From contig OZ296648.1 in assembly GCA_965655095.1 (NCBI GenBank), forward strand, positions 8,742,001 to 8,806,000: DNA of 64,000 bases, read 5' to 3'. The notes under the pieces were generated by a model. That model was given only the letters and a program-made list of their open reading frames with translations. It did no database searches and was not told where the DNA came from. This DNA comes from Haplodiscus bocki. Its lineage: Eukaryota. Position 1 is the first letter of the stretch, and every line of letters starts with the position of its first letter. Of this stretch, positions 20,541 through 34,700 are shown piece after piece. Both the position numbers and the translations under genes were made by a program.

Positions 20541-23500
20541 TCGTTCAGAACCTTGTTTCAAAATCGGCTACGGGTGCCACACTCTGCAGCTGTGTTCTCG
20601 ATTCTGAATTTGAATTGGGTTTTTGTTTTGACGTTAGTACTTTCCCGAGATAGCAAAAGTTGCGAAAAAATACAAGAATATGTTGGTTTGTATCTAAACG
20701 ATGACACTGGGGCGAAGTTGTTTTTGTACTTCTCGGCAGATCGGCATTGTGCGGTAGGGAGTTTTGTTTCTGCACTTGTCTGCTCAGGTAGTCGAGCCTG
20801 ATGGGCCGGTGGCACACAACACTAAAATGTTTTCTGAAGCAGACATTTTTTCGTCTGCCTCAACAAAACAAGCAATAACTCTTTGAAATCAGAACTAACC
20901 TTGCAATTCAACTCCAATCGATTTCTCTTTTCAACTTGATTTCGTTTTCTAAATCTTTTTTTTTCACGTTCAGTCTTCATTCCAGTTGAAAACATTACAT
21001 TATTAAGGTGATATCACTTGACATATCTTACTTCTCTTCAGTGGAATCAGCAGTTGCTATCTCATGCTTCCGGTCACTCTTTCGTGATTTGAGTTCCAAT
21101 TAACTACAGAAGAAGAGTTTTCTCCAGTCATTTGAAAAACAGTCCGCCGAAATCCTTGCTGAACTTCCCAACCTTGGCATTGGCTGTTGTTCTTGACCAC
21201 TGCGCCCTTCCTCTCGTTTGCTATTAGTTCCGGACTAAGGAGCACTTTCAAACGTGTCTGATTGGACTTCTCGTTCTGCGTTTTTGCTGGAAGAAAATTA
21301 AAAAGCAGTCAGTGACTTACACCGTCATCTGAAATGATTTTTTGAGTTAGTACAACTGATAAGAACCTTCACTTTTGCTGCTTACGCAGTTCTGTCTGGG
21401 ACTCTGTCTCATCAGATATCACGTTCACGGTGGATGTCGATCTATCTGTATCTTCTGCGGAGGAACCGTAAACTTTGCTTGTAGTAAGGTTTGCTCCCAA
21501 TCCCAAGATATTTTTCCGGGTTACTCCTTCCCGCAAAATCAAAAAGATAATTTTTGAAAAAAAACATTTCTAGTGAATAATTCCTGGCAGAATTTGATTG
21601 ATATTGTTTTTTTAGCGAACATTTTAGAGTTGCTTGTGGTTGCTCGTTCCGTTTTCTTTTCCAGTCGAATACGAAAGTGATTTGAAAAACTGGAGCAAGA
21701 GATCAGCAGTTGATAGGAATCGATTTTCTAACCACGAAGGATTCCTGGATTATCTGAAAATGAAAGTTTCTCCTCAGATGCGGATGGTTCCTTTCATACT
21801 TCAATGGATTTAACTGTGGGGAGACATTTTTCAAGTTTCCCATGCGTTTTATTTCAATGACAACATTTTTTTAAAACTTCTGTGAATTTTCGGAAAACAC
21901 TCGAATGTGAATTTTGTGCAAGTTACTAATATCATTGCAGACTTATTGGACGTGTTTCAATTCACTTTCGTTTCTACTAGTGGAGAAACAGACAAAATTT
22001 AGAAAATTGCTGAATTTTTTGGTCGGAGATGCCTCGTATTCTCAAACATGGAGTTTCAGAGGGAGGAAGCAAGTTGATAATCGGTGTCCTTGTAATCCTT
22101 CTCATTTGTGGTTGGCTGGTAAGCAAAACACTCGGTTTGCCAGACCTTTTATTTTTCTCCGACCTCCTGGAAATTTGTGGCCTGAGGAAGCAACTGAATC
22201 CTATAAGTCTAAATTAGGAAAACGAATTCGAATCTATCTTTTGGGGTTCATCCTCACAGTTGAAAGGTTTGGTTTGTCGAGGATTCGTTCCCTGTTTTCT
22301 GGGGAAAGTTGAAACACATTTAGGTTTTCTTCCACGGCGTCTTTCATTTTTGTTTCGGATGTCGTGTTGATGACATGGTGTCTTTTTTAGATTTGATCAA
22401 GATTCTGCTCTCCTCTAAGTTTTCTCTTTTTCGCGGCTGTCACTCCAATTTTTCGTATCTGCTATGTTCAGAAAAATCGAATTTATTTCAATTACATTGA
22501 AAGAAAATTACACACAATAAGTCTTCAACGATTGCTACTTGTTTCCGTCTGATGCATTGGTGAATCATTAGTTGAATTTTATGTCGTTGATAGAACGTCA
22601 TTCTTTTCTATTTCTTGACATATTTTTCAATAATTTCCTTGGTTTGCTCGCTGTATGTATTCATTCGACTCTGCATATTTTATAAACTTCAGCAAATTCC
22701 TTCGTACAGAGGAGATAAAATTGATGTATACCGAAGTTCTAACCGGATGCTATCATTCTCGCTGTAAGACAGTGATAAGTCGATGCTGCGTCTGTGCTGA
22801 TTTGGTAGAAAGTCAATTGCGGGATCGAAAACCACGTTAAAATTTAAAACAATTGAATATACTTTTCAATTCAATAAACGTCAGCTGACCAAAAGCTACA
22901 AGTCGATTCAACACCTATTAAAAACAAGAACAGTCTAGTGAGCGAAACAAAATGAATACATTGGTTTGCCTTGACGATCTGCATGTTCAGTGTTTGCTTC
23001 AAAATTGTTTGAAGAATTTCATCTACACTCCATTCGTCTAATACTTGCACTCTTCTGTTATTGATTTGTCCCTGGAAAATAATGGCTCGGAATAGACCTT
23101 CCCTGCAGGTGAAAATCAATTGGCGAAGCAAAAGGCTTCAGTAAGAACGTAATGGAGTGCTTCAGTGTACGTTCCCATAAAACAACGAACAGTCCAGCTT
23201 GTGACTTCCTTTAGGAGAAACGGATTTTCCACAAGCCTTTTGATATTTCCTAGAAAAAGTTTCAAGTGGAAAGGCAATTCCTACAACCAAGTGTGCGAAC
23301 TCCCCTTACCGTTTCATATCGGTCAATAGTTTTGACACACACGACCGCACTTTCTCCATCTGAGGCTCTAATTTTATTGGGGATATCACGTAGCATGTTT
23401 CACAAGGAGAGAGCTTTCAAGTTTTCTGGAAAAGGAGTGTTGAGGTGGTTCCATAGTCCTGCATGTTGCTCAAAAACTTCTCATGTACCAGATCCACTGC

Positions 23501-23579
23501 GAAACTCTTGAATTGATTCTACGAGCCATCAAAGCGCCACTTTTTTCGAGGTTTTTTCCTATTAGCGTAGCACTAATAA

Positions 23580-25260
23580 AACATCACTTTTTGACTTCTG
23601 AACCGTAAAAGATCACAGAAAACAGGCTTTCTTTACGAGTTTTAGCCATGAATTCTGTCATTTTATATATTTTGGCTTTTGTTTTTGCAACCAGTGGCTG
23701 CTGGCAGCCTTATGAAACGCTGAGCCAAAAGGATTTCCAAAAACGAGATGTTGTTACTTGTTTCTGGAAGTTTTAGTGCCGCTACCTTGTTGGACCTTAG
23801 GAACACGTTTGAGATATGTCTAAACGCTAATCTCTCATAACCAAAAGTTTTTTCTCTTGAATAGCATCAAAGAAAACGCTTCCACGCCCTGTCTCTGGTC
23901 TTTTGGTTGGCAATCAATTCAAAAATGCGACTTTTTGACATCATTCCACAGTGTTGAACTAGTTTAAGCAAAGGATCCGAGATTACCGGATTTTGAGGAT
24001 GGTTTTTTTGAACAAGTTTTTGTTTATCAATGAATCATTTGCATTTGAAACTACAATTAGGTGCCCTTAAGAAGTTTTTGGCACCCATTGGATCTGAAGA
24101 ATTTGCAAGAAACGAAGAGTAGTTACTCGTATTTGAAAGTTTTTTGGACGTTACTTACTAGGACCCTAGACACGCATTTTAGGTGTGCCTAATTTTTAAA
24201 ATCTCATCCTTGAAGAATTTTTTCTGTTAATAGTTAAGAAAACGCTTTCAAACGTTGAGTCCAGTTCATGGGCTTGTTGTTCAATCAAAAAAACACTTGG
24301 ACTTTTGGACCGTAAAAGATCACAGAAAACAGGCTTTCATTACAAGTTTTAGCCATATTTTCTGTCTTTTTATTTATTTTGGTTTTCGTTTTTGCAACTA
24401 GTGGCTGCTGGCAGCTTTTTTGCATCCTTAAGTTTGAACGTTTTATCGATATTACTTATAAGGACCTTAGACACGCATTTCAGATGTGCCTATATTCTAA
24501 AATCTCACCCTGAAGAGTTTTTTCTCCGAAAAGAATCAGAAAACGCTTTCAAACGTTGGCTCCAGTTCATAGTCTTGCTTTTGAACCAGAAAAAATTAAG
24601 TTTTTCAGGTTCGTTTTTCAGTATTGAAACAGTTTAGGTGAAACGTAAAAGTATCGAGAAAACAGATTTCGACCACTAGTTTTGTCCGTCTTTTTCTTCA
24701 ATCTTGTACTTTTTATTCCGTATTCGGCAGCCAATTACCCTTGGCAGCCTTGTTTTATCCATGGGTGTAGAATAATTCCACAAAACCAAGACTGGTAACT
24801 TGTTGTGAAGGTTTTAACGGGGTTACTTGGTGGGACCTGAGACACGCAATTCAGACATGACTCAAAACAAAATTGTCCCCCCTGAAGCACTATCTCAAGA
24901 AGTGCAGCAAGAAACGCCTTCATACTATATGCTAAGTCCTTGAGTTTGCGTTACATGCAAAAACCAGTCACTTCTGTTCTTTCCAGAGTTTTGATATAGT
25001 TGACGTAAAACTTCCGGGAAGACAGGTTTTGTACGCTGGTTCTGTCGGTAATTATCTTCCGTTTCTACCTTTTTGCGCATTTGTTTCTCAACCAATTGCC
25101 TTCGGCAGCCTTGTTACATGCAAGGGCGTGCATGAATTCCAAAAAACGAAGACTTGAAACTTGGTTTGAAAGTTTTAAACGATTAACTTGGTGGGACTTG
25201 AGACACGCAATGCAGACATGCCTGAAAGTCCAATACTCATCGTCTGGTAAATGTCAGTTG
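23580..25260 (-). repeat. Five diverged ~365-bp sub-repeats inside the element (probable ~120-aa tandem protein domain)
   Basis: The anchor ggac(c/t).(t/g)ag(a)cacg occurs at 23792, 24161, 24462, 24833 and 25194; other units have 3-4 copies. Confidence 0.8.
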
Positions 25261-26119
25261 TAGATTTGCGAGAAATTCTTTCAATGTTCCTCATTTCTAG
25301 GACAAACAAATGAGCTGCAATCGTGACGCATTTTCAGTCGGAGGGCGGCATGTCCTTCCGCGCTTCGCTCGATTTTTAATCAGAAAAACCTCTGCTTTCT
25401 TCGAAAGTGGTGAAGTGATCTGAAAAGAGCAACATTAAACATGGGAAAAAACTCAAAATATTCTATTTCAAAAGTGTGAGTTAACGTCTTTCTGTACGCC
25501 GATCCGAGATCGAATTCGAGTTAATTCAAGATCATGTGCTCTTCCATTCCTGGCAGATACATGAATCTTAGAGTTGGAGAAACGTCGTTTTCACCATCGC
25601 TCTCGGGGGACTTGGAGTTCGAAAAGAACTGAAAACAAACAAGTGAAACAGTTTTTCTTCACACAAGAAAATAACATAATAGATCTAACGCTCTTTGTTT
25701 TTGTTCGTTCACTTTCTGAATCTGCTGGATTTTCCTGATCTGTTTGGTCGGCATTGCATTGCTTCATTTTTTGAAATAAATGGTCATGCATCTAACATTG
25801 TCTTTAGCTCCGATGTCTGTGCCCTCTGGTGTGTGTGGGTGTTTATTTGATTGGCGGTTTCAACATTGAAAACAATGACATATACTTTACCCATTGGGAA
25901 AAGTCTGAAATGAAATGATTTTTTGTTGACCTACATTTTCTGCTCAGTATAATTGGCATATTCCTTTACTTGGTTGCCGGCCATCCCACTAAACGAAGAA
26001 TGAAAAGTCAAACAAGGACGTCGTGTTTCCTTGCCGGTTTGTGGAGCTGTTTCCATACACAAATCAGAAATGAAAACTTAATTGTTTCACTACCCTTGTG
26101 TATTCCACCATGCCTGATA

Positions 26120-27290
26120 CCATGCGTCCTGCTTCCGCTGTTTGTTTTTTCACAGCACTTTGGTGCCTTGCACCTGTTACGGCCCATAGTTTTGTCGACT
26201 GGTTGCTAGGAGGCAGGTTCACTGATTCTCTGCGCTCAAATGGAGCTCATCTTCTTCCTGTTGTGGTTCGTTGTGAACCTCAAGCTTCTTCTAATTTTGG
26301 TTTTGAGATGTTTGCCCCAATTCTTCAGGTTATTCTTTGGTGAATCGCTGCGCCCCTTCTCGTAACTTTTGCTCAAGACGAATCCCGAGGGCTAATTTTT
26401 GCGTTTTATTCCAGATTTACGAAACGAACGAAGAGTTGCTTTGCCTCCCAATTAAGTAAAGAGTCTTGGGGCCGAACGAAGTGAGAATTTTCTTAAACTT
26501 CCTTTTTGAACAAATCGTTGGATGACATGACTGCGAGTCTTTCCCCTTAAAAAAAGAACCTAATTGGTTAATGTGTGGTTTTTCCAGGGAAATTGTAGTG
26601 GATTTTTTCAAATGCACATTGTCAGTTACTTGAAGTTCTCTCAACAGAAAGAAGTAACTTCTTCCTATGAATTTTCGCTTTAGGTGCCAGGGGCATTACA
26701 AAGTCCTGGTCTTGTCTATCTCGGAACAGTTGATCAAGATGTTCATGCGTCAAGTAGGTGGTGGAGTGAGATACGTGCATTGCGAAAAACTCTGATCCCA
26801 AATAAACAACAGCACAAAGTTTCATACTTGTCATTCAGGTTTTATTTCGAGTACTCTGCTTCCCGCAGTAGTTTCTCTGCTTTTTCGGATATCACTTTTT
26901 TGACCTCATTGAAGGCCTCCGCAGTAGGTAGTTCCCCAAAGTACAAGCATGTTTGAGCCTGTTGCCGCTTGTTGGATGCCTTGCAGATTGTTTCCTTGAA
27001 GTTCACAAAATTTTTTTCTTTTGGGGCTTAGAGGTTTATGTTTGGTCCACTAGCACCATTTTTTTCAATTAGGAAGTCTATGAAATTGATCAATCCTTGG
27101 CACACTTTCTTTTTCGACTTGGGAGCGGATATGTCCCGCATTTCACTTATTAAGTGGGAAGAAGAGGCATAACCATGAAACCATTTGTTGTCAGCAGGCC
27201 ATCTAATCCGCCGAACGTTCAAGTGAAGGAGTATGTCATTGTGCTTCGCGCAACCTCGTTCGAAGTACGGGCGGCGATTTTTCAAGTATT
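26120..27290 (-). pseudogene. YR-like region, copy 2
   Basis: Homologous to copy 1; reads TMGRNRCKAPKCCEK. Confidence 0.6.
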
Positions 27291-30200
27291 CGTTCAGAAC
27301 CTTGTTTCAAAGTCAGCTACGTGTGCCACACTCTGCCGCTGTGTTCTCGCTTCTGAATTTGAATGTGGTTTTTGTTTTGACTCTAGTACTTTCCCACTAT
27401 GGCATAAGTTGCGAAAGAATACAGGAATATGTTGGTTTGTATCTAAACGATGACACTGGGGCGAAGTTGCTTTTGTACTTCTCGGCAGATCGGCATTGTG
27501 CGGTAGGGAGTTTTGTTTCTGCACTTGTCTGCTCAGGTAGTCGAGCCTGATGGGCCGGTGGCACACAACACTAAAATGTTTTCTGAAGCAGACATTTTTT
27601 CGTCTGCCTCAACAAAACAAGCAATAACTCTTTGAAATCAGAACTAACCTTGCAATTCAACTCCAATCGATTTCTCTTTTCAACTTGATTTCGTTTTCTA
27701 AATCTTTTTTTTTCATGTTCAGTCTTCATTCCAGTTGAAAACATTACATTATTAAGGTGATATCACTTGACATATCTTACTTCTCTTCAGTGGAATCAGC
27801 AGTTGCTATCTCATGCTTCCGGTCACTCTTTCGTGATTTGAGTTCCAATTAACTACAGAAGAAGAGTTTTCTCCAGTCATTTGAAAAACAGTCCGCCGAA
27901 ATCCTTGCTGAACTTCCCAACCTTGGCATTGGCTGTTGTTCTTGACCACTGCGCCCTTCCTCTCGTTTGCTATTAGTTCCGGACTAAGGAGCACTTTCAA
28001 ACGTGTCTGATTGGACTTCTCGTTCTGCGTTTTTGCTGGAAGAAAATTAAAAAGCAGTCAGTGACTTACACCGTCATCTGAAATGATTTTTTGAGTTAGT
28101 ACAACTGATAAGAACCTTCACTTTTGCTGCTTACGCAGTTCTGTCTGGGACTCTGTCTCATCAGATATCACGTTCACGGTGGATGTCGATCTATCTGTAT
28201 CTTCTGCGGAGGAACCGTAAACTTTGCTTGTAGTAAGGTTTGCTCCCAATCCCAAGATATTTTTCCGGGTTACTCCTTCCCGCAAAATCAAAAAGATAAT
28301 TTTTGAAAAAAAAACATTTCTAGTGAATAATTCCTGGCAGAATTTGATTGATATTGTTTTTTTAGCGAACATTTTAGAGTTGCTTGTGGTTGCTCGTTCC
28401 GTTTTCTTTTCCAGTCGAATACTAAAGTGATTTGAAAAACTGGAGCAAGAGTTCAGCAGTTGATAAGAATCGATTTTCTACCTTCGAAGGATTTCTGGAT
28501 TATCTGAAAATGAAAGTTTCTCCTCAGATGCGGATGGTTCATTTCATACTCTAATGGACTTGCTGTAAGAGGATACTTTTTAAGTTTCCCATGCGTTTTG
28601 TTACTGTGGCAACATGTTTTTATAGTTTAAAATTTCTGCGTTTTTTTTGTGAAACAATCGACTTTGAATTTTGCGCTAGTCACTAACTTCATGAAAGACT
28701 TCTTGAACATGTTTCAATTCACTTTCGTTTCTACTAGGGAAGAAAGAGACATAATTTAGAAAATTGCTGAATTTTTGGCCAAAGATGTCTCGTATTATCA
28801 AACATGGAGTTTTCAGAGGAAGCAAGTTGATCTTCGGTGTCCTTGTAATCTTCCTCATTTGTGGTTGGCTGGTAAGCAAAACACTCCGTTTGGCAGACAT
28901 TTTATTTTTCTCCGACTTCCTGCAAATTTGTGGCCTGAGGAAGCATCTGAATCGTATAAGTATAATTTAGGAAATCGAATTCAAATCTATCTCTTGGGGT
29001 TCCTCCTCAAATTTGAAAGATTTGGTTTCTCGAGCATTTGTTTGTTCCCTGTTTGCTGGGAAAGTTGCAGAACATTTGGATTTTCTTCCACGGTATCTTC
29101 TATTTATTTTTCCGATGTCGTGTTGATGACATGGTGTAAGTTTCAGATTTGATCAAGATTCTGGTTTTCTCTTAGTTTTCTTTTTTTCGCGGCTGTCATT
29201 CCACTTTTTTGTATCTGCTCCTTTCAGAAAAGTCAAACTTCTCTCAATTACATCGAAAGAAAATTACTTACAACAAATCTCAAACCAATGCTACCTGATT
29301 CCGTCTAATGCAGTGGCGAAACAATGTTTGAATTGCTTGGCGTTGATAGAACGTCATTGTCTTCTCTTTCTTGACATCAATTTCGGGTTCGAAAACCAAG
29401 TTAAAAAATATAACAAATTGATATACTTTTCAATTCAATAAACATCAGCTGACCAAAAGCTAAAAATCGACTGAACACCAATTAAAAACAAGAACAGTCT
29501 AGTGAGCGAAACAAAATGAATACCTTGGGTTGTCTTAACGATCTTCATGTCCAGTTTTTCCTTCAAAATTGTCTGATGGAGTTCATCTACCCTACTTTCG
29601 TCTAATACTTGCTCTCTTCTCCGGTTCTTGATTTGTCCCTGGAAAAGGATGGCTTGAAAAAAACTTTCCCAGCTGGTTAAAATCGTTTGGCGGAGCAATC
29701 GGCATCAGGAAGAGCTTATAGAGTGCTTCAGTGTACGTTCCCATAAAACAGCGAACAGTCCAGCTTGTGACTTCCTTTAGGAGAAACGTATTTTCCACGA
29801 GCCTTTTTTGATATTTCCTGGAAAAAGTTTCAACTGGAAAGACATTTCCTACAACCGAGTGTGCGAACTCCCCTTACCGTTCAATATCGGTCAATAGTTT
29901 TGACACACACGCCTGCACTTTCTCCATCTGAGGCTCTAATTTTGTTGGGGATATCACGTTGGGGATATCACGTTGCATGTTTCACAAGGAGAGAGCTTTC
30001 AAGTATTCGGGAAAAGAATTGTTTGAGCAGTTTCCTAGTCCTGCATGTTGCTCAAAAAATTTTCAGTAACAAATCCACTGCGAAACCCTTGAATTGATTC
30101 TACGAACCATCACAGCGCCTTTGTTTTGGAGTTTTCTTTGCTTATGAGCGTAGCAGTAATGAAACAACAATTTTTGACTTTTGAACCCTAAAAGGTCACA

Positions 30201-31819
30201 GAAAACAGGCTTTCAACAGTTTTAGCCATATTTTCTGTTTTTTATTTTATTTGGTTTTCGTTTTTGCAACTAGTGGCTGCTGGCAGCTTTTTGCATCCAT
30301 AAGCCTAAAAGTTTTGTTCACGTTACTTGTTAGGACCTTAGACACGCATTTTAGATGTGCCTATATTCTAAATTCTCACCCCTGAAGAATTTTTTCTCCG
30401 AAAAAAATCAGAAAACGCTTTCAAACGTTGGCTCCATTTCATGGGCTTGCTATTCAATAAGAAAAAGTTTTTTAGGTTCGTTTTTCAGTATTGAATTAGT
30501 TTACGTAAATCGTAAAAGTATCGAGGAAACACATTTCGAGCACTGGTTTTGTCCGTCTTTTTCTTCAATCTTGTACTTTTTATTCCGTATTCAGCAACCA
30601 AATACCCTTGGCAGCCTTGTTATATCCATGAGTAAAGAAGAATTCCACAAAACGAAGACTGGTACCTTGTTTTGAAGGTTTTTTTGGCGTTAATTGTCGG
30701 GACCTGAGACTCGCAATTCAGACATGGCTCAAAACAAAATTCTCCCTCCAGAAGCACGTTCTTTCCAAATAGTGCACCAGGAAATGCCTTCATACGTTAC
30801 GCCAAGTCCTTCAGTTTGCGTTACATGCAAGAAACGAGCTACTCGTTTTCTTTCCAGAGTTTTGAAATAGTTCACGTAAAACTTCCGGGAAGACAAGTTT
30901 TGAACGCTGGTTCTATCGGTAATTATCTTCCGTTTCTACCTTTTTGCGCATTTGTTTCTCAACCGATTGCCTTCGGTGGCCTTGTTGCATGAATAGGCGT
31001 GAATGAATTCCTTAGAAACGAAGGCTTGTAACTTGGTTTGAAAGGTTTAAACTATTAAATTGGCAGGACCTGAGACACGCAATGCCGACATGCCTGAAAG
31101 TCCAATACGCATCGTCTGGTAAATGTCGGTTGTAGTTTTGCGAGAAGTAATTTATGTGTTCTTTTTTTGTAGGAGAAACACACGAGCTGCTATCTTGATG
31201 CATTCTTCAGTCAAAGGGCGGCATGTTCTTCCGCGCTTCGCTCGTTTTTTAAGCAGATAATCCTCTTTCTTCAAAAAACGTGGAGTAATCTGAAAAAAGT
31301 AACATTCAGCATGTGGTTAAACAAACTTAAATGATTATATTAGAAAAGTATGAGTTAACGTCTGTCTCTTCCCCGATATCGAATTCGAGATAATCCAAGA
31401 TCACGTGCTCTTCCATTTCCGGCAGTTACCTGCATCTTAGATTTGGAGAAACGTCGTTTTCACCATCGCTCTCGGAGGATTTGGAGTTCGAATAGAACTG
31501 AAAACAAACAAGTGAAACATTTATTTCTTCCCACAAAAAAATAACACAAAAGCTCTAAAGCTCTTTGTATTTGTTCGTTCGCTTTCTGGATCTGAGGGAT
31601 GTTCCTGATCTGTTTTGTCAGCATTGCAATGCTTCAATTTTTGAAATAAATGATCATTCATCAAACATTGTCTTCAGATCCGATGCCTGTGTCGTCCGAA
31701 GTCTGTGGACCCATGTTTATTCGATTGGCGGTTGCAACATGGAAAACAATAACACATAATTTACCCATTGAAAAAAGTCTTTGTTGTTTTCACTAACCCA
31801 TGTGTAGTCCACCATCCGT

Positions 31820-32855
31820 CCTGCTTCCCCGGTTTGTTTTTTCACAGCTTTTCGGTGCCTTGCGCCTGTTATTGCCCATGGCTTTCTCCACCGCTTGCTA
31901 GATGGCAGGTTCACTGATTTTCTGCCCTCAAATGGAACACATCTGCTTCCTGTTGTGGTTCGTTGTGAACCTCAAGCTTCATCTAATTTTGGTTTTGAGA
32001 TGTCTGCCCCAGTTCTTGAGGTTGTTTGGTGAATCGCTGCGCCCCTTCTCGTAACTTTTCTTTAAGACGAATCCCGAGGGTTGATTTTTGCGGTTTGTTC
32101 CACATTTCAGGAAATGAACGAAGAGTTGCTTCGCCTCCCAATTAAGTAAAAGAGTCTTAGGGCCGAACGAAGTGAAAAATTTGTTAAACATCATTCTTGA
32201 ACAAGTCGCTGGATGACGTGACTGCTTCCTATGAATTTTTGCTTTAGGTGCCAGGGGCTTTACAAAGTCCTGGTCTTGTCTATCTCGGAACAGTTGATCA
32301 AGATGTTCGTGCGCCAAGTAGGTGGTGGAGTGAGACGACGTGCATTGCGAAAAACTCTGATCCCAATTGAACAAAAGCACAAAGTTTCATACTTGTCATT
32401 CAGGTTATATTTCAAGTACTCTGCTTCCCGCAGTAGTTTCTCTGCTTTTTCGAATATCAGTTTTTGACCTCATTGAAGGCTCCGCAGTACGGAGTTCACC
32501 GAAGTACAAGTATGTCTGAGCCTGTTGCCGCTTGTTGGATGCCTTGCAGATAGTTTCCTTCCAGTTCACAATATTTTTTTTGTCATTTGTATCTTCGAGG
32601 TATTTGTTCGGTCCACTTGCACCATATTCTTCAGTTAGGAAGTCTATGAAATTGATCAATCCTTGGCACACTTTCTTTTTCGACTTGGGAGCGGATATAT
32701 CGCGCAACTCACTTATGAAGTGGGAAGAAGAGGCATAACCATGAAACCATTTGTTGTCAGCAGGCCCTCTAATCCGCCGAACGTTCAAGTGAAGGAATAT
32801 GTCATTGTACGTTGCGCAACCGCGTTCGAAGTACGGGCGGTGATTTTTCAAGTAT
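31820..32855 (-). pseudogene. YR-like region, copy 3 (~110-bp internal deletion at ~32226)
   Basis: Homologous to copy 1; junction gactgc|ttcctatg. Confidence 0.6.
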
Positions 32856-34205
32856 TCGTTTAGAGCCTTGTTTTAAATTCAGCTACGTGTGCCACACCCT
32901 ACAGCCGTGTTCTCGCTTCTGACTTTGAATAGGGTTTTTGTTTTGACGTTAGTGCTTTCCCAAAGTGGCATAAGTTGCGAAAAATAGAGGAACATGTAGG
33001 TTTATATCTAACCGATGACACTGGGGTCGAAGTTGTATTTATACTTCTCGGCAGATCGGCATTGTCCGGTAGTGAGTGTTGTTTCTGCACTTGTCTGGTC
33101 AGGTAGTCGACCCTGATGGGCCGGTGGCACACAACACTAAACATGTTTTCTGAAACAGACTTTTTTCGTCTGCCCCAACAAAATGAGCAAAAAGTCTTCG
33201 AGATCAGAATTAACCCTGCAGTTCAACTGCAATCGATTTCTCTTTTCAACCTCATTTCGTTTTCTAAATCATTTTTTTCACGTTCAATCTTCATTCCAGT
33301 TGAAAACATTACATTATTAAGGTGATATCACTCGACATATCTTACTTCTCTTCAGTGGAATGAGCACTTGCTATCTCTTGCTTCCGGTCACGTTTTCGTG
33401 ATTTGGCTTTCGATTAACTACAGAGGAAAAGTTTGTTCCAGACATTTATATTAACAGTCCACCGAAATCTTTGCTGAACTTACCAACCTTGGCATTGGCT
33501 GCTGTTCTTGACTGCTGCTTCCTGCCCTCGGTTGAAATTACTACCGGAAGAAGGAGCACTTTCAGACGTGTCTGATTGGGCTTCTCGTTCTCCATTTTTG
33601 CTGGAAGAAAAGTGGAAAGCAGTCAGTGACTTACACCCTCTTCTGAAATGATTTTTTGAGTTAGTACAACTGATAAGAACCTTTACTTTTATTGCTTACG
33701 CAGTTCTGTCTGAGACACTGTCTCATCAGATGTGACGTTCCAAATTTTTAGTATCTGCTGTGTTCAGAAAAATCAAAATTGTCTCAATTACATCGAAAGA
33801 AAATTACTTACTACAAATCTCTAACCAATGCTACCTGTTTCCCTCGGATGCAGTGGTGAAACAATGTTTGAATTGCATGGCGTTGATAGAACGTCATTCT
33901 CTTCTTTTTCTTGACATATTTTTCAATTTTTTCCAGGGTCTGTTCGCTGTATGTATTCATTCGATTCTTAATCTTTCATAAACATCAAAACTTTCCTTCG
34001 TACAGAGGAGAGCAAATTCATGTGTACCGAAGTTCTAACCGGAAGTATCATTCTGGCTGTGAGACGGTGTTAAGTCAATGCTGTGACTGTGCTGATTTGG
34101 TAGAAAGTCAATTGCTGGATCGAGAACCACGTTAAAAATTAAAAATAAATACACTTTTCAATTCGTTAAACATCAGCTGACCAAAAGCTAAAAATCGACT
34201 CAACA

Positions 34206-34700
34206 TCAATTGAATACAAAAACAAGTCTAATAAGCGAAACAAAATGATTACCTTGGGTTGCTTTGACGATCTTCCTTACCAATTTTTCCTTCAAAATTG
34301 TTTGATGAAGTTCATCTACGCTACTTTCGTCTAGCACTTGCCCTCTTCTCCGGTTATTGATTTGTCCCTGGAAAAGAATGGCTTGAAAAAACTTTCCCAG
34401 CTTGTTAAAATGGTTTGCCGAAGCAAAAGGCATCAGGAAGAACTTATAGAGTGCTTCAGTGTACGTTCCCATAAAACAACGAAAAATCCAGCTTGTGACT
34501 TCCTTTAGGAGAAACGTATTTTCCACAAGTCTTTTTTGACATTTCGTAGAAAAAGTTTCAAATTGAAAGACAATTCCTACAACCAAGTGTGCGAACTCCC
34601 CTTACCGTTTCATATCGGTCAATAGTTTTGACACACACGCCTGCACTTTCTCCATCTGAGGCTCTAATTTTGTTGGGGATATCACGTAGCATGTTTCACA
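34206..34700 (-). pseudogene. Unknown, probably helical coding segment of the element, present in every unit (e.g. 22871-23400, 29435-29950, 39449-39930)
   Basis: Near-open frame SPTKLEPQMEKVQACVSKLLTDMKR*GEFAHLVVGIVFQFETF…KIVKATQ, ending at a possible donor AG|GTAATC. Confidence 0.45.

Noticed and set aside
20204-20801. + strand ORFs recurring in each unit (e.g. 20204-20653, 27154-27453, 37776-38174)
   Set aside because: They are antisense shadows of the - strand coding relic; recurrence only reflects DNA duplication.
23580-25260. Regularly spaced ggacc..agacacgc motifs as a CRISPR-like repeat-spacer array
   Set aside because: The spacing is ~365 bp, the intervening sequences are homologous to each other rather than unique spacers, the DNA is eukaryotic, and there are no cas genes.
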